Assembly (NCBI GenBank): GCA_963816145.1
Contig: CAWFJP010000016.1
Coordinates: 1-64,000, forward strand
Direction: 5' to 3'
Source: an uncultured delta proteobacterium
GTDB lineage: Bacteria; Desulfobacterota; Binatia; UBA9968
Length of the DNA: 64,000 bases
The notes under the pieces are model-generated. The model was given only the letters and a program-made list of their open reading frames with translations. It was not told the origin of the DNA and ran no database searches. The translations under genes were made by a program, and so were the position numbers. Of the stretch, positions 28,114-37,720 are shown in pieces (positions within the stretch are counted from its first letter, which is position 1; every line of letters begins with the position of its first letter).

Positions 28114-28142
28114 TTGACAGCGTTCTAAGCTTCGCATAGTTT
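28114..28142 (+). promoter_or_regulatory. Putative sigma-70 promoter for the LLM gene
   Basis: TTGACA-17 bp-TAGTTT. Confidence 0.45.
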
Positions 28143-28207
28143 CGCGGCAATTCGCGAACTAGAGAATAACCAATGTTGGATTGGTTTAGTATTCGATATC
28201 ATCTTTG

Positions 28208-28246
28208 CCCTCACCCCAGCCCTCTCCCACATGCGTGGGCGAGGGA
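28208..28246. repeat. CCCTCACCCC.GCCCTCTCCC..GGG.GAGGG hairpin repeat
   Basis: Same family as the MITE target hairpins and DUF559 flanks. Confidence 0.7.
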
Positions 28247-28320
28247 GCCGGAGAAAGCGCGGCAAGGTTAGACACTGCATCAGTTTGACCTCGCCGCGAT
28301 GATTGAATTGAATGGCGACC

Positions 28321-29337
28321 ATGAAATTTGACGTTAGTCTGCTGGTTCATGATCTCAGCCAGATGCCCGCGTTGGCGCGCTTTGTCGATGAGTTGGGTTT
28401 CGATGGCATCTGGACCTTTGAGACCTCCCATGATCCCTATTTGCCCCTGGTGCTCGCGGCGGAACATAGCGCGCGTTTGAGTTTGGGTACGAGCATCGCC
28501 GTCGCTTTCCCGCGCAGTCCGACGATTACGGCGCAGATCGCTTGGGATCTGGCGCACTATTCCAAGGGACGATTCATTCTCGGTCTCGGTACTCAGGTCA
28601 AAGGGCACAACGAGCGCCGCTTCGGTATCAAATGGGAGCGGCCGGTGGCGAAGATGCGCGACTACATTCTCGCAGTGCGCGCTGTTTGGGATAGCTGGCA
28701 GCATCAGGCAGGCCTCAATTACCAGGGCGAGTTTTACAAGCTGACGTTGATGACGCCGTTCTTCAGCCCGGCGCCGCATGAATATTCACGTATTCCGATT
28801 TTTGTCGCCGGCGTCAATCAGCGCATGTGCGAGCTTGCCGGCGAGCTATGTGATGGCTTTCACGTTCATCCGCTGCACACGACGCGCTATATCGAGGAGC
28901 GGATCTTGGCGAATATCGAGATCGGCTTGGCGAAATCGGGCCGGACGCGATCGGCGATCGAGTTGTCGAGCAGTATTTTCGTAATTCCCACCGACGACGT
29001 AGAGCAGGCGGTCAAGTATGAAGCCGACTTGCGCCAGCAGATCGCTTTCTATGCCAGTACGCCGCCGTACCGGCCGGTCTTCGAAGTTGAAGGATGGAGT
29101 GATGTCGCGGATCAGCTAAGGGCGCTCGCGGCGCGTGGCCAATGGTCGGCGATGCCATTGTTGATCACCGATGAGATGCTTGACCGCTTCGTGCTGCGAG
29201 GCGGTTGGGCGGATTTGCCAGCGCTGCTGCGGCAAAAATATTCAGGACTGCTCGACCGCGTGAGCTACTATTTCCCGCTGGTTCTCGGCGAAAACGAAGC
29301 CGGCTGGCGCGCCACCGCTGCCGGTTTCAAACGATAG
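28321..29337 (+). CDS. Luciferase-like (LLM) oxidoreductase, probable F420-dependent TIGR03617-like
   Basis: ETSHDPYLPL, TSIAVAFPRSP, GRFILGLGTQVKGHNERRFG, LMTPFF, HPLHT, AFYASTP. Confidence 0.85.
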   Translation: MKFDVSLLVHDLSQMPALARFVDELGFDGIWTFETSHDPYLPLVLAAEHSARLSLGTSIAVAFPRSPTITAQIAWDLAHYSKGRFILGLGTQVKGHNERRFGIKWERPVAKMRDYILAVRAVWDSWQHQAGLNYQGEFYKLTLMTPFFSPAPHEYSRIPIFVAGVNQRMCELAGELCDGFHVHPLHTTRYIEERILANIEIGLAKSGRTRSAIELSSSIFVIPTDDVEQAVKYEADLRQQIAFYASTPPYRPVFEVEGWSDVADQLRALAARGQWSAMPLLITDEMLDRFVLRGGWADLPALLRQKYSGLLDRVSYYFPLVLGENEAGWRATAAGFKR

Positions 29338-29340
29338 TCA

Positions 29341-30351
29341 TTATCGTTCGTTTTTCGGCGCGCGGCCGTAGAGCTTGTCGATAAAACCCGACTTTCTCAC
29401 TTCTTCGATCACCGAGGTATCCATCAACTGCGCCGGCTTGAAGTTGCGCGCGTTGGGATGGCCGAGCGAATCTAGAGCGTTCTGAACGCCGGCGGCTTCC
29501 GGGATTGGATACTCACGCATGCTGAAGGTGAGCCGGGTGTAAATATCCTTGGCCACGGCGGGATCTTTGATGCCTTCTTCCGCGAGAATCGAATACACCA
29601 ACTTGGGTTTGGTCTTGAAAGCGTAAATGCCTTCGACATAGGCTATGACGATGCGTCGCGCCAGGTCGCGCTGGTTTTTTATCATCGCGGCCGGAACGGT
29701 GACGCCGAAGCGAGCAAAATCGAGAGGTAGTTCGGCAAGATCGGCGAGGGCGAGGCAACAGCCGCTGGCGAGGACCTTATGGACGCCTTCGGGACTGACC
29801 AGCGCGCCATCGACATGGCCGGCAAGCAAGGCGCCCATGCGCGTCGGCGTGTTGCCGGACTGCAGCAGCATCACATCTTTCTCCGGGTCGAGCTTCCAAG
29901 AGCGCAGCACCATGCGCGTGGTCAAGTCCGATGCTGAGCCAAAGCGGCTGACGGCGATCTTCTTACCTTTCAGGTCGTCAGTCTTAGCAACGTTTTTCCG
30001 GGTGATGAAGATATGTTCGAGGCGGTTGATGTTGACGGTGATGACCTTGGTGTCCATCGCCCCGGATACCGGCAGCGACATCATTTCCGGCACGCCGGAA
30101 TCCGAGACGACGATGTTGCCGCCGAGCAACGCCTGGGTCAAGATGCTGCCGCTATTGAAATAAATCGATTTGACGTTAAGGCCGTGTTTCTCCCAGATGC
30201 GCTCCTTTTCCATCACCCGGCGTAGATCTGAACTTATGCCCGAGCCGCTGTAGCCGAGCATGAGATTCTGCGGTTGCGCCAGCGCGACGGTCGCGCCCAA
30301 AAAGAAAGAAAGAAGTCCACAAAGCAAGTATTTCACTGATTTTGTATTCAC
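29341..30351 (-). CDS. SsuA/NMT1-like substrate-binding protein
   Basis: GGAGG RBS, signal peptide, DLKGKKIAVSRFGSASD, DPEKDV. Confidence 0.85.
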   Translation of the reverse strand: MNTKSVKYLLCGLLSFFLGATVALAQPQNLMLGYSGSGISSDLRRVMEKERIWEKHGLNVKSIYFNSGSILTQALLGGNIVVSDSGVPEMMSLPVSGAMDTKVITVNINRLEHIFITRKNVAKTDDLKGKKIAVSRFGSASDLTTRMVLRSWKLDPEKDVMLLQSGNTPTRMGALLAGHVDGALVSPEGVHKVLASGCCLALADLAELPLDFARFGVTVPAAMIKNQRDLARRIVIAYVEGIYAFKTKPKLVYSILAEEGIKDPAVAKDIYTRLTFSMREYPIPEAAGVQNALDSLGHPNARNFKPAQLMDTSVIEEVRKSGFIDKLYGRAPKNER

Positions 30352-30376
30352 GTTCGTCCTCCGCAATGGTTTGAGT

Positions 30377-31378
30377 TTAACTCGCCCGACCGTAAAGTTT
30401 GTCGATAAAGCCAGATTTTTTGATTTCTTCCATAAGACTGGTGTCCATGATGCTTGCCGGTTTCACGTTGCGGGCGTTGGGATTGGTCAGCGAATCGAGC
30501 ACATTTTGGATGCCGTTGGGTTCGGGCACGGGATATTCCCGCATATTTTTGAGCATCCGTTCATAGATATCTTTTTGAATCGCCGGGTCTTTGATCCCTT
30601 CTTCTTCAAAGCCGGCATATACCGCCTTGGGACGGGTCCGGAAAATTGCAATGCCTTCCAGATAGGCCATCAGCAGTCGGCGCAGGACATCACGATTTGC
30701 CTTAATCCAAGCCGTGGGAAAGACGTAACCGTAGCGCGCATAATCCATCGGCAGCTCGGAGAGGTCGGCGAGAATGCGGCAGCAGCCCGACGCCATGACT
30801 TTGTGTACGCTTTCCGGACTCACCAGCGCGCCATCGACATGACCGGCGGCCAGCGCCGTCATGCGCGTCGGCGTGTTACCTGATTGCAATAAAGTCACTT
30901 CTTTGTCCGGGTCGATTTTCCATGACTTTAACGCCATTCGGGTCACGGTATCGGAGGCCGAGCCGATGCGGCTGACCGCGAGACGTTTGCCTTTGAGATC
31001 TTCAGGCTTGGCGACGTTCTTACGGACGACAAAGACATGTTCGATCTTATTGATCGTGACGGTGACGAGCTTTAGGTCGAGAACTCCCGAAACCGCTAGA
31101 TTCAACATGCCTGGGACTTCCGACTCCGAACCGGCGATGTTACCTCCGGCCATAGCCTGAGTCAGCACGCTGCCGCTACTGAAATAAACGCTCTTGACGC
31201 TGAGACCGTGCTTCTCCCAAATCTTGTCGCGTTCGATGATCCGGCGCAGGTTGCCCAATGATCCGGCGCCGCCGCTGTGGCCGAGAATGACGTTTTGGAG
31301 CGGCGCCTGGGCCGTGGTGAGAGACGACAACGAAATGAACGACAATATTCCGGAGACAACTGCAAAGACTTGCCTCAT
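30377..31378 (-). CDS. SsuA/NMT1-like substrate-binding protein, tandem paralog of 29341..30351
   Basis: Shared LQSGNTPTRM, GHVDGALVSPE, ASGCC, MREYP. Confidence 0.85.
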   Translation of the reverse strand: MRQVFAVVSGILSFISLSSLTTAQAPLQNVILGHSGGAGSLGNLRRIIERDKIWEKHGLSVKSVYFSSGSVLTQAMAGGNIAGSESEVPGMLNLAVSGVLDLKLVTVTINKIEHVFVVRKNVAKPEDLKGKRLAVSRIGSASDTVTRMALKSWKIDPDKEVTLLQSGNTPTRMTALAAGHVDGALVSPESVHKVMASGCCRILADLSELPMDYARYGYVFPTAWIKANRDVLRRLLMAYLEGIAIFRTRPKAVYAGFEEEGIKDPAIQKDIYERMLKNMREYPVPEPNGIQNVLDSLTNPNARNVKPASIMDTSLMEEIKKSGFIDKLYGRAS

Positions 31379-31460
31379 AACGCCTCCTCGCAAAAACCGT
31401 TTTCGTAGTGGCCTAGGCTGTCAATCGCAAAACTTCCAATTCTCATCCGATGATCCCTGC

Positions 31461-31544
31461 CGTCATTCCCGCGCACGCGGGAATCCAGGTTGAGACTGAT
31501 GGTGAACGTGAAGAGTCTGGATTCCCGTTTGCACGGGAATTACG
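31461..31544. repeat. dRS3/RPE-like REP doublet (ATTCCC-N8-GGGAAT)
   Basis: cgtcattcccgcgcacgcgggaatccag...ctggattcccgtttgcacgggaattacg. Confidence 0.8.
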
Positions 31545-31596
31545 GTTTTTCAGTTCCTCGCTATTCGACGCTTTGCAACAATTCGTTAGGGAAGCT

Positions 31597-33039
31597 TTAA
31601 CGTGCTCGGCCGATCATATCTTTCAGCAGCGCTGGATACTTCTTGTCCAATTCCGCTTTCAGCGCGTCGGTGACGGCATTGACCGGCGGAAATTTATCTT
31701 TCCATTCGTAGGGCCGGGTGGCGTCGATGATGGCGCGCGAGTTGAAGCCTTTGCGTTCGCGCGGGATCGCCGGATCAAGTGGGCCGCTCCAGCAGCGGTG
31801 CAAAATATCGATGTTCTCCGGTTCCGAGCGCGTGCCGATGGCCCAGATGACGTCGTTGGGATTGTAGATATCGACGTCGTCATCGACGACGACCACGTAG
31901 CGGCCGAGATAGGCGCCGGGGCGGCATTGGCTGGCGATCAGCGCCGCTTGCTTGGCGTGGCCGGGATAGCGCTGCTTAATTTTTAGAATTGAAAAAAAAC
32001 GATAGGCGGCTGGGTGAAGCCACACGCCTTGAACGTCAGGCACGCCGGCGTCTTCGAGAGCGTTCCAGATCAATGCCGAGCGTTGGATCGAGCGGTGAAA
32101 GCCCTGTCCCGCCGACGGGCGCAGCGGCGGCTCGCCGCAGAGAATCGGATTGTTTCTGTAATAGAGCGCTTTGATACGCACCACCGGCTCGGGCCGCGTC
32201 GCGCTGGCGTAGTAGCCCGGCCATTCGCCGAAAGGTCCTTCGGGCAGGTCGTCGCCGGGAATCATCTCGCCTTCGATGGCAATCTCTGAATAGGCTGGAA
32301 TCGGCAATCCGGTCAGCGGTCCCAGCACCAGTTGAATCGGTTCGCCGATGACGCCGCCGGCGTAATCGAACTCGCTCATCTTGTTGGGTACATCCGTGCA
32401 GCCAGCGAGAAATAGAATCGGATGATGGCCGAAAGACATGACCACGGGGCAGGGTTTGCCTGCTTCGAAATACTTTTGCCGCTGCACGCGGCCATGCTTG
32501 CCCGGCGAGATATACAGCGCGACGGCGTCTTTGCCTTGGAGCATGACGCGGTAGGTGCCGGCGTTGATCCAATGCTCTTCGGGATCTTCGGTGATGACCA
32601 GATCGTCGGTGCCGATGTAGCGGCCGCCGTCTTCTTCATGCCAGCGCGGAATCGGGAAGACTTCGAGGTCGATATTCTTGTCGACGCGGTTTTCAAAGAT
32701 CGGCGCGTCTTTAACGAACTCGGCCGGCACCGGCTCGAAATTGCGAATCTTGCGGCGCCACGCCTGAATGAAATCGGTCAGGCCGAGTTTCGGATCGGTG
32801 CCCATGGCGATGGCCAACCGCGGCAGGGTGTCGATCTGGCTGCAGAGAATCTCCATGTCCTGGCGCGCGCTGGGAATCTTTTCGAACAGCATCGCCGGCG
32901 GATGGGCGCTGCGTTCGAGAATCATCTCGACCAAGCCGCCGATGTCTTTGTCCCAGGGGATATTTGCGATGCGACGCAGTTCGCCGATTTTGTCGACTTC
33001 GGTTAGGAATGCCCGCAGGTCGTGGTTGGAGGGGGTCAT
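31597..33039 (-). CDS. UbiD family prFMN-dependent (de)carboxylase
   Basis: DGGRYIGT, NAGTYR, EGPFGEWPGYY, VVVDDDVD, IDAT. Confidence 0.92.
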   Translation of the reverse strand: MTPSNHDLRAFLTEVDKIGELRRIANIPWDKDIGGLVEMILERSAHPPAMLFEKIPSARQDMEILCSQIDTLPRLAIAMGTDPKLGLTDFIQAWRRKIRNFEPVPAEFVKDAPIFENRVDKNIDLEVFPIPRWHEEDGGRYIGTDDLVITEDPEEHWINAGTYRVMLQGKDAVALYISPGKHGRVQRQKYFEAGKPCPVVMSFGHHPILFLAGCTDVPNKMSEFDYAGGVIGEPIQLVLGPLTGLPIPAYSEIAIEGEMIPGDDLPEGPFGEWPGYYASATRPEPVVRIKALYYRNNPILCGEPPLRPSAGQGFHRSIQRSALIWNALEDAGVPDVQGVWLHPAAYRFFSILKIKQRYPGHAKQAALIASQCRPGAYLGRYVVVVDDDVDIYNPNDVIWAIGTRSEPENIDILHRCWSGPLDPAIPRERKGFNSRAIIDATRPYEWKDKFPPVNAVTDALKAELDKKYPALLKDMIGRAR

Positions 33040-33142
33040 ACTAAGCCTCAAAGGATGAATCATGAAGGCGGAAAGATGAAGGAAAGAGTCTACGATCGAA
33101 TGGGCGAAACTTCATCCTTCATCCCTCATCCTTTCGCCTTAT

Positions 33143-33916
33143 TTAGACTGCCAATTCAACCGCTGCGCGGTGCATGACGCCGTAGAGATCGACGGCGGCG
33201 GTGGCGCAGTATTCCAGATTGTAGCCTTCGCGACAGTCGGCGTAGCCGTCTTCTAAAATGCGCTGCATGACCAGTTTGTTAAAACTGCCATGGCCCATGA
33301 CGCCGTCTTCATGTTCTTTCAAGTCGGCCTCTTCGTGGGTCGAGAAGTAAACCGCCTGCTGTTTGGTGAAGCCGTATTTTTGCGTCAAAGTCTTGAACCA
33401 CAAGGCGGACCAGTGGCCGATGGGCTCTTCGGTGAGCATGGAGAACCACCATTCGGCGACGGTTCCTTCCCACATGAGTTGGCGCTTGAAGTCGAGAATC
33501 GCGCGGCACTCGGGAAGCATCGGTTCGCGCAGAATTTGATCTTTGGTCAGCCCAAGCGCTTCGGCGGTCTGCAGCATGACCAGCACATGGCCGGGCGGTT
33601 TGGGATGAATGAATTCATCGGCGATCTTGACGCCGAGGGGGCCCATCAAGTCGGGATGGCGCTTAAAGAAGCCGATATGCTTGTGATAGGAGACCGAGAC
33701 CAGCGTGTTGATTTCGACGGTGAAGTTGCCCCAGTTTTTGAAAAACAACTTGATCGCCGGCAGCGGCAACGTGCCTTCGAGAAACGGCCTCATGAATGGG
33801 CCGTCGGTGACGCGCTCTCTCCAGCGTTGAACGACTTTCTTGTTCACTTCGCCAATGTAAACTTTGGCGTCGTCGGGACTCATCTTGACGCCAAGTTGGG
33901 GAGTTAGCTGACTCAT
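33143..33916 (-). CDS. Heme-oxygenase-like diiron protein, NWG/HPxPPGH class
   Basis: DEFIHPKPPGH, TEEP, HEEAD...H. Confidence 0.75.
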   Translation of the reverse strand: MSQLTPQLGVKMSPDDAKVYIGEVNKKVVQRWRERVTDGPFMRPFLEGTLPLPAIKLFFKNWGNFTVEINTLVSVSYHKHIGFFKRHPDLMGPLGVKIADEFIHPKPPGHVLVMLQTAEALGLTKDQILREPMLPECRAILDFKRQLMWEGTVAEWWFSMLTEEPIGHWSALWFKTLTQKYGFTKQQAVYFSTHEEADLKEHEDGVMGHGSFNKLVMQRILEDGYADCREGYNLEYCATAAVDLYGVMHRAAVELAV

Positions 33917-34001
33917 GACTGTTTACTGAGGTGTTGGGTCTGGCGTCTAGCGCTTCCGCGTGGAACCCTAGATGCCAGACGCTGGACCTTGGGTGGTTTT
34001 T

Positions 34002-34913
34002 CTAAGTTCGATAGAGATTGTCGATGAAGCCGCTGTCGTCGATTTTTCTTAGATGGTGGAAGTCCCACAGCGCCATCGGGTCGCATTTCTCGGCGGCTTT
34101 GTCTTGCTCGATGGCGATTTCATAAACATTGGAGATCGCCGGGATGGTGGCGTAGGGCTTGGCTTGCAGGATCAGCTTCAGATCGTCGTAGAGATGCGCC
34201 GCCGTCTCTTCGTCGAGCTCGCCTTCGGCTTTGTATTTGTCCTTGATGATCTTGATGCATTCGGCGCGATGGGTCTTGAAATAGGCGATGCCTTCGCAAA
34301 TGCCGCGTAGCATCTTGTCGACGATGTCGGGATGTTTTTCGACGAAAGCCAAACCGCTGGAAACCGTGGTGAACCACACCATCGGCAGGAACGACACGTC
34401 GATGACCTTCAAACCGGCGCGCTTGGAAAGAATATCCGCCGGCGGCGTGACGAAGGCAGCGTCGGCTTCGCCGTCGCGCACCGCTTCCCAGTGAAACTTG
34501 GTGCCCTTGGCTTTCTCGACATGGCAGTCGTTGAGCAAGCCGGCCTGTTTGATGAATAGCCAGGTGTTCAGGCCCGGATGCTTGCCCTTGGTCGCGACGG
34601 TCTTGTCTTTGAGATCGCTCACCTTGTTGATGCCGGAGTCGGCACGCACGACCAGACGGTGGTTCAACAGGCTGACGGTTTGGCCCAGGTAGACCCATTT
34701 GTCGCCGACTGGGCGGCGGATATACGGCGAAAGATGATTGCCGCCGACGAACTCGACACTGCCGTTGGCGACGTTTTTGTGCGAATCTTCCGAGGTGATC
34801 TCGTAATCGTAATTGACTTCCAGTCCATGTTTGGCCCAGGAGCCCGATTCGTGCACGACATGCAGGAACGGCAAATGGCTATCCGAACGATAGGGGAAGT
34901 TTACTTTATCCAT
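34002..34913 (-). CDS. SsuA/NMT1-fold protein without a signal peptide
   Basis: GAGGAGG RBS before MDKVNFPYR; WAKHGLEV, DLKDKTVA, GEADAAF, DDSGFIDNLY. Confidence 0.75.
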   Translation of the reverse strand: MDKVNFPYRSDSHLPFLHVVHESGSWAKHGLEVNYDYEITSEDSHKNVANGSVEFVGGNHLSPYIRRPVGDKWVYLGQTVSLLNHRLVVRADSGINKVSDLKDKTVATKGKHPGLNTWLFIKQAGLLNDCHVEKAKGTKFHWEAVRDGEADAAFVTPPADILSKRAGLKVIDVSFLPMVWFTTVSSGLAFVEKHPDIVDKMLRGICEGIAYFKTHRAECIKIIKDKYKAEGELDEETAAHLYDDLKLILQAKPYATIPAISNVYEIAIEQDKAAEKCDPMALWDFHHLRKIDDSGFIDNLYRT

Positions 34914-35012
34914 GGTGTGGCCCTCCTCAAATTCTTCGTTGGCTTCCGACGATGGCCGCAACCTACAAGGAAAGCGCCGGGGCTTCAACCTCAAATTTGC
35001 CGGGCGAATCGG

Positions 35013-36002
35013 TTAGCGCAGCACGCCTTCTTTGCGCAACTCCTGCTGCGCTTCCAAGAGCAAACGGTTGTCGAAGATCGCCGACAGCGGCGCGGTGAAT
35101 TTCGTTTTTGCCAACTCCGACTCCAGTTGGATCGAAGCGCGCAAGGCGCTTTCCGTCATGCTGCCGTCGCTGCTGAAAATAGCGCCGAGATTTTTGTAAA
35201 GATTTTCCGCTGTACCGGCATCGACGCTCATCCACTCGCCAATCAATTTGGCGGCCTCGTCTTTCTGGGTGCGGATGAAGCGCTGGCTCTCGATCAAAGC
35301 TTTGATCATGCGCTTGACCTGGTCGGGCGATTTTTGCAGCTTTTGCTCGCTCACATCCAAGCCGGAGATCGGAATGTCGACGTGATCTTTATCCCAGAGC
35401 AAGATCTTGTACCCCATCGACGTGCCGAGCGTGTCCAACGGCGGGCCATGGGAGGCGGCGTCGATTCTGCCGGCTTGCATGGCCGCGAGTTGGCTGCGCA
35501 CATCGCCGGCGGGCAAGATTTTCACGTCTTTAACCGGATCGATGCGAAATTGATTCAAAATCGTCAGCAGACTCAAGTGGATGGTGCTGCCGGCGGAGCT
35601 GACGCCGATGGTTTTGCCTTTCAAATCATTCAGCGATTTGACCTCGGGTTTGACCAAGATCATGAAAATGACCTTCTCGGCGCCCATCATCACCAACTTA
35701 ATCGGGATGCCGCGCAGGGCCGCCGACACCGCCGGTTGAAAGCCGTTGTAGTAATCGAGGTCGCCGCTCAGGAGTGCCGGCACGGCGACTGAGGAGCGCA
35801 GCAAAATGATCTCCGGGCGAAAACCATACTTGGCGTAGAAGCTTTTTTTCTCGGCGACGAAGAGCGGCAGCGAGCCGAAGCCGCGGCTGGACACGCCGAT
35901 ACGCACGCGTTCTTGGGCGATAGCTGGGAATGAAGCTGGAAGGGCGAAAGTAGCCAGCAAGAGAAATTGGACTGCCAAGTTTCTTAAGCTACGGCGGTTC
36001 AC
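35013..36002 (-). CDS. SsuA/NMT1-like substrate-binding protein (start uncertain)
   Basis: Signal peptide, ALLSGDLDY, DLKGKTIGVSS.GS, DPVKDV. Confidence 0.85.
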   Translation of the reverse strand: MNRRSLRNLAVQFLLLATFALPASFPAIAQERVRIGVSSRGFGSLPLFVAEKKSFYAKYGFRPEIILLRSSVAVPALLSGDLDYYNGFQPAVSAALRGIPIKLVMMGAEKVIFMILVKPEVKSLNDLKGKTIGVSSAGSTIHLSLLTILNQFRIDPVKDVKILPAGDVRSQLAAMQAGRIDAASHGPPLDTLGTSMGYKILLWDKDHVDIPISGLDVSEQKLQKSPDQVKRMIKALIESQRFIRTQKDEAAKLIGEWMSVDAGTAENLYKNLGAIFSSDGSMTESALRASIQLESELAKTKFTAPLSAIFDNRLLLEAQQELRKEGVLR

Positions 36003-36010
36003 GAATTCGT

Positions 36011-36089
36011 GTAGCGGCAACCCCCTGTGGTTGCCCGCGGATCGCTCCATCGTCGTATCGGAAGGGCAGGCACGGAGGCCTGCCCCTAC
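36011..36089. repeat. GTAG-family REP doublet
   Basis: gtagcggcaaccccctgtggttgccc...gggcaggcacggaggcctgcccctac. Confidence 0.8.
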
Positions 36090-36106
36090 ACGATCATTTC
36101 GCACAA

Positions 36107-37528
36107 TTATTTTAGACCCAGCTTTGGCGCCCACTTTTCCCATACCTCTTCGCGTTTGTCGGCGCTGAATTTATTGGCGACGGCGAACTTGTCGCGCCAG
36201 TGGAAAGGTTTGCAGGCGTCGATCAGCATGCGCCCCATGGTAAAGTCGCCGCGCTCGCGCTTTTCCGGCGGCAGGCGCGGGTCCAAATCGGAGGTCCAGG
36301 ATTTTAGAATCTGCACCGACTCCGCCGGATCGACGCGGGTGCACATGGCCCAGACGACCTGTTTCAAATCCACCGGATCTATGTCGTCGTCGACCGCGAT
36401 GTAGTAACGGTACATGCTCGCGCCGGTCATCATGCCGGCGATGGCGGTGAGCGCTTGCTGTGCCTGACCGGCGAAGCGTTGCTTGAGTGAGATCACGACC
36501 ATCAAGGTGTGGCAATGACACCAGACCCCTTGGACGTCCGAAACGCCGGATTGTTCGAGATGGTCCCAGATGCGCGCGGCGAACAGCGGGATGCCGTAGC
36601 GTTCGGTGATCGGCAAGAGCGGCGGGTTGCCGAGCAGGATCGGATCGTTGCGATGCAGGATTCGTTTTACCCGCACGACGCACTCTTCGCCGCTATGGGT
36701 GTAATAGCCCGGCCATTCGCCGAAGGGGCCTTCGCTATGGCTTTCTTCCTCCGGCGGCGGCATCGCGCCTTCGATGACGATTTCCGAGGTCGCCGGGACG
36801 GGCAGTCCGGTATAGGGAGCGCGGATCACTTCGAGCGGCGCGCCGCGTAAAGCGCCGGCGTATTCATATTCGCTCACTCCGGCTTTGGCCGCCGACGGCG
36901 CGGCCATCCAAGTGGCCGGCTCGCATCCGAGCACGATGGCGACGGGGCAGGGCTTGCCGGCTTGCCAATATTTGCGGGCGATCTGTTTGCCGTGTTTCTG
37001 CTCGATTATCCAGAGCGTGACGCGGTCTTTGCCGACGATGCAGGATCGATAGGTGCCGACGTTGACCCAGCCGCTGTCGGGATCTTTGATCACCACCATG
37101 TCGCCGGTGCCGATGTAGCGGCCGCCGTCATGCTCGTGCCATTTCGGCGTCGGGAAAATTCCCAAATCGATTTTGTCACCTTCGAAAATGTTTTCCAGGA
37201 TCGGTCCTGAGGAAACTTCGATGGGCGCGAAGGGTTTCAAATCGCGAATCTTGTTGCGCCAGGTTTTTAAAATTTCCAGCTTCGGCGCGTCGGTATCCAG
37301 TCCCAGCGCCAGCGCGAAGCGGCGCGCGCTGGCGAGCACGTTGGCGGCGATGCGAAATCCTTTGGGATATCCCGTGATGTTATCGAAGAGCAGCAACGGA
37401 CCGTCCTGCTCCGCCATCAGCTCGGTCAAGCAGCCGATCTCCAGATTCCAATCGGCGCCGTCGATTTGTTTCAGTTCGCCGATGCGCGCGGCGCCGTCGA
37501 TGAAAGTGCGCAGGTCGGGAAAAGCCAT
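36107..37528 (-). CDS. UbiD family prFMN-dependent (de)carboxylase
   Basis: DGGRYIGT, NVGTYR, EGPFGEWPGYY, VDDDID, IDAC. Confidence 0.92.
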   Translation of the reverse strand: MAFPDLRTFIDGAARIGELKQIDGADWNLEIGCLTELMAEQDGPLLLFDNITGYPKGFRIAANVLASARRFALALGLDTDAPKLEILKTWRNKIRDLKPFAPIEVSSGPILENIFEGDKIDLGIFPTPKWHEHDGGRYIGTGDMVVIKDPDSGWVNVGTYRSCIVGKDRVTLWIIEQKHGKQIARKYWQAGKPCPVAIVLGCEPATWMAAPSAAKAGVSEYEYAGALRGAPLEVIRAPYTGLPVPATSEIVIEGAMPPPEEESHSEGPFGEWPGYYTHSGEECVVRVKRILHRNDPILLGNPPLLPITERYGIPLFAARIWDHLEQSGVSDVQGVWCHCHTLMVVISLKQRFAGQAQQALTAIAGMMTGASMYRYYIAVDDDIDPVDLKQVVWAMCTRVDPAESVQILKSWTSDLDPRLPPEKRERGDFTMGRMLIDACKPFHWRDKFAVANKFSADKREEVWEKWAPKLGLK

Positions 37529-37588
37529 TCAATCACACTCCATACCCAATTTTTTCGACGCGGTCCTAAATCCGACTTCCTCTCCCAA

Positions 37589-37720
37589 GAGACTGTGTCG
37601 CAACTGTCATTCCGAGGTGAAGCCGAGGAATCTCTTCTTCGTATGTGGCTGAAAATACGAGATCCCTCGCTTCGCTCGGGATGACAGATGTGGGGCATTT
37701 GCGCATTACGACACAGCCTC
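37589..37720 (-). mobile_element. 132-bp MITE copy 3 (inverted), TSD CAA
   Basis: gagactgtgtcgcaa...ttacgacacagcctc; caa at 37586-37588 and 37721-37723, inside cctctccc..gggagagg. Confidence 0.88.
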
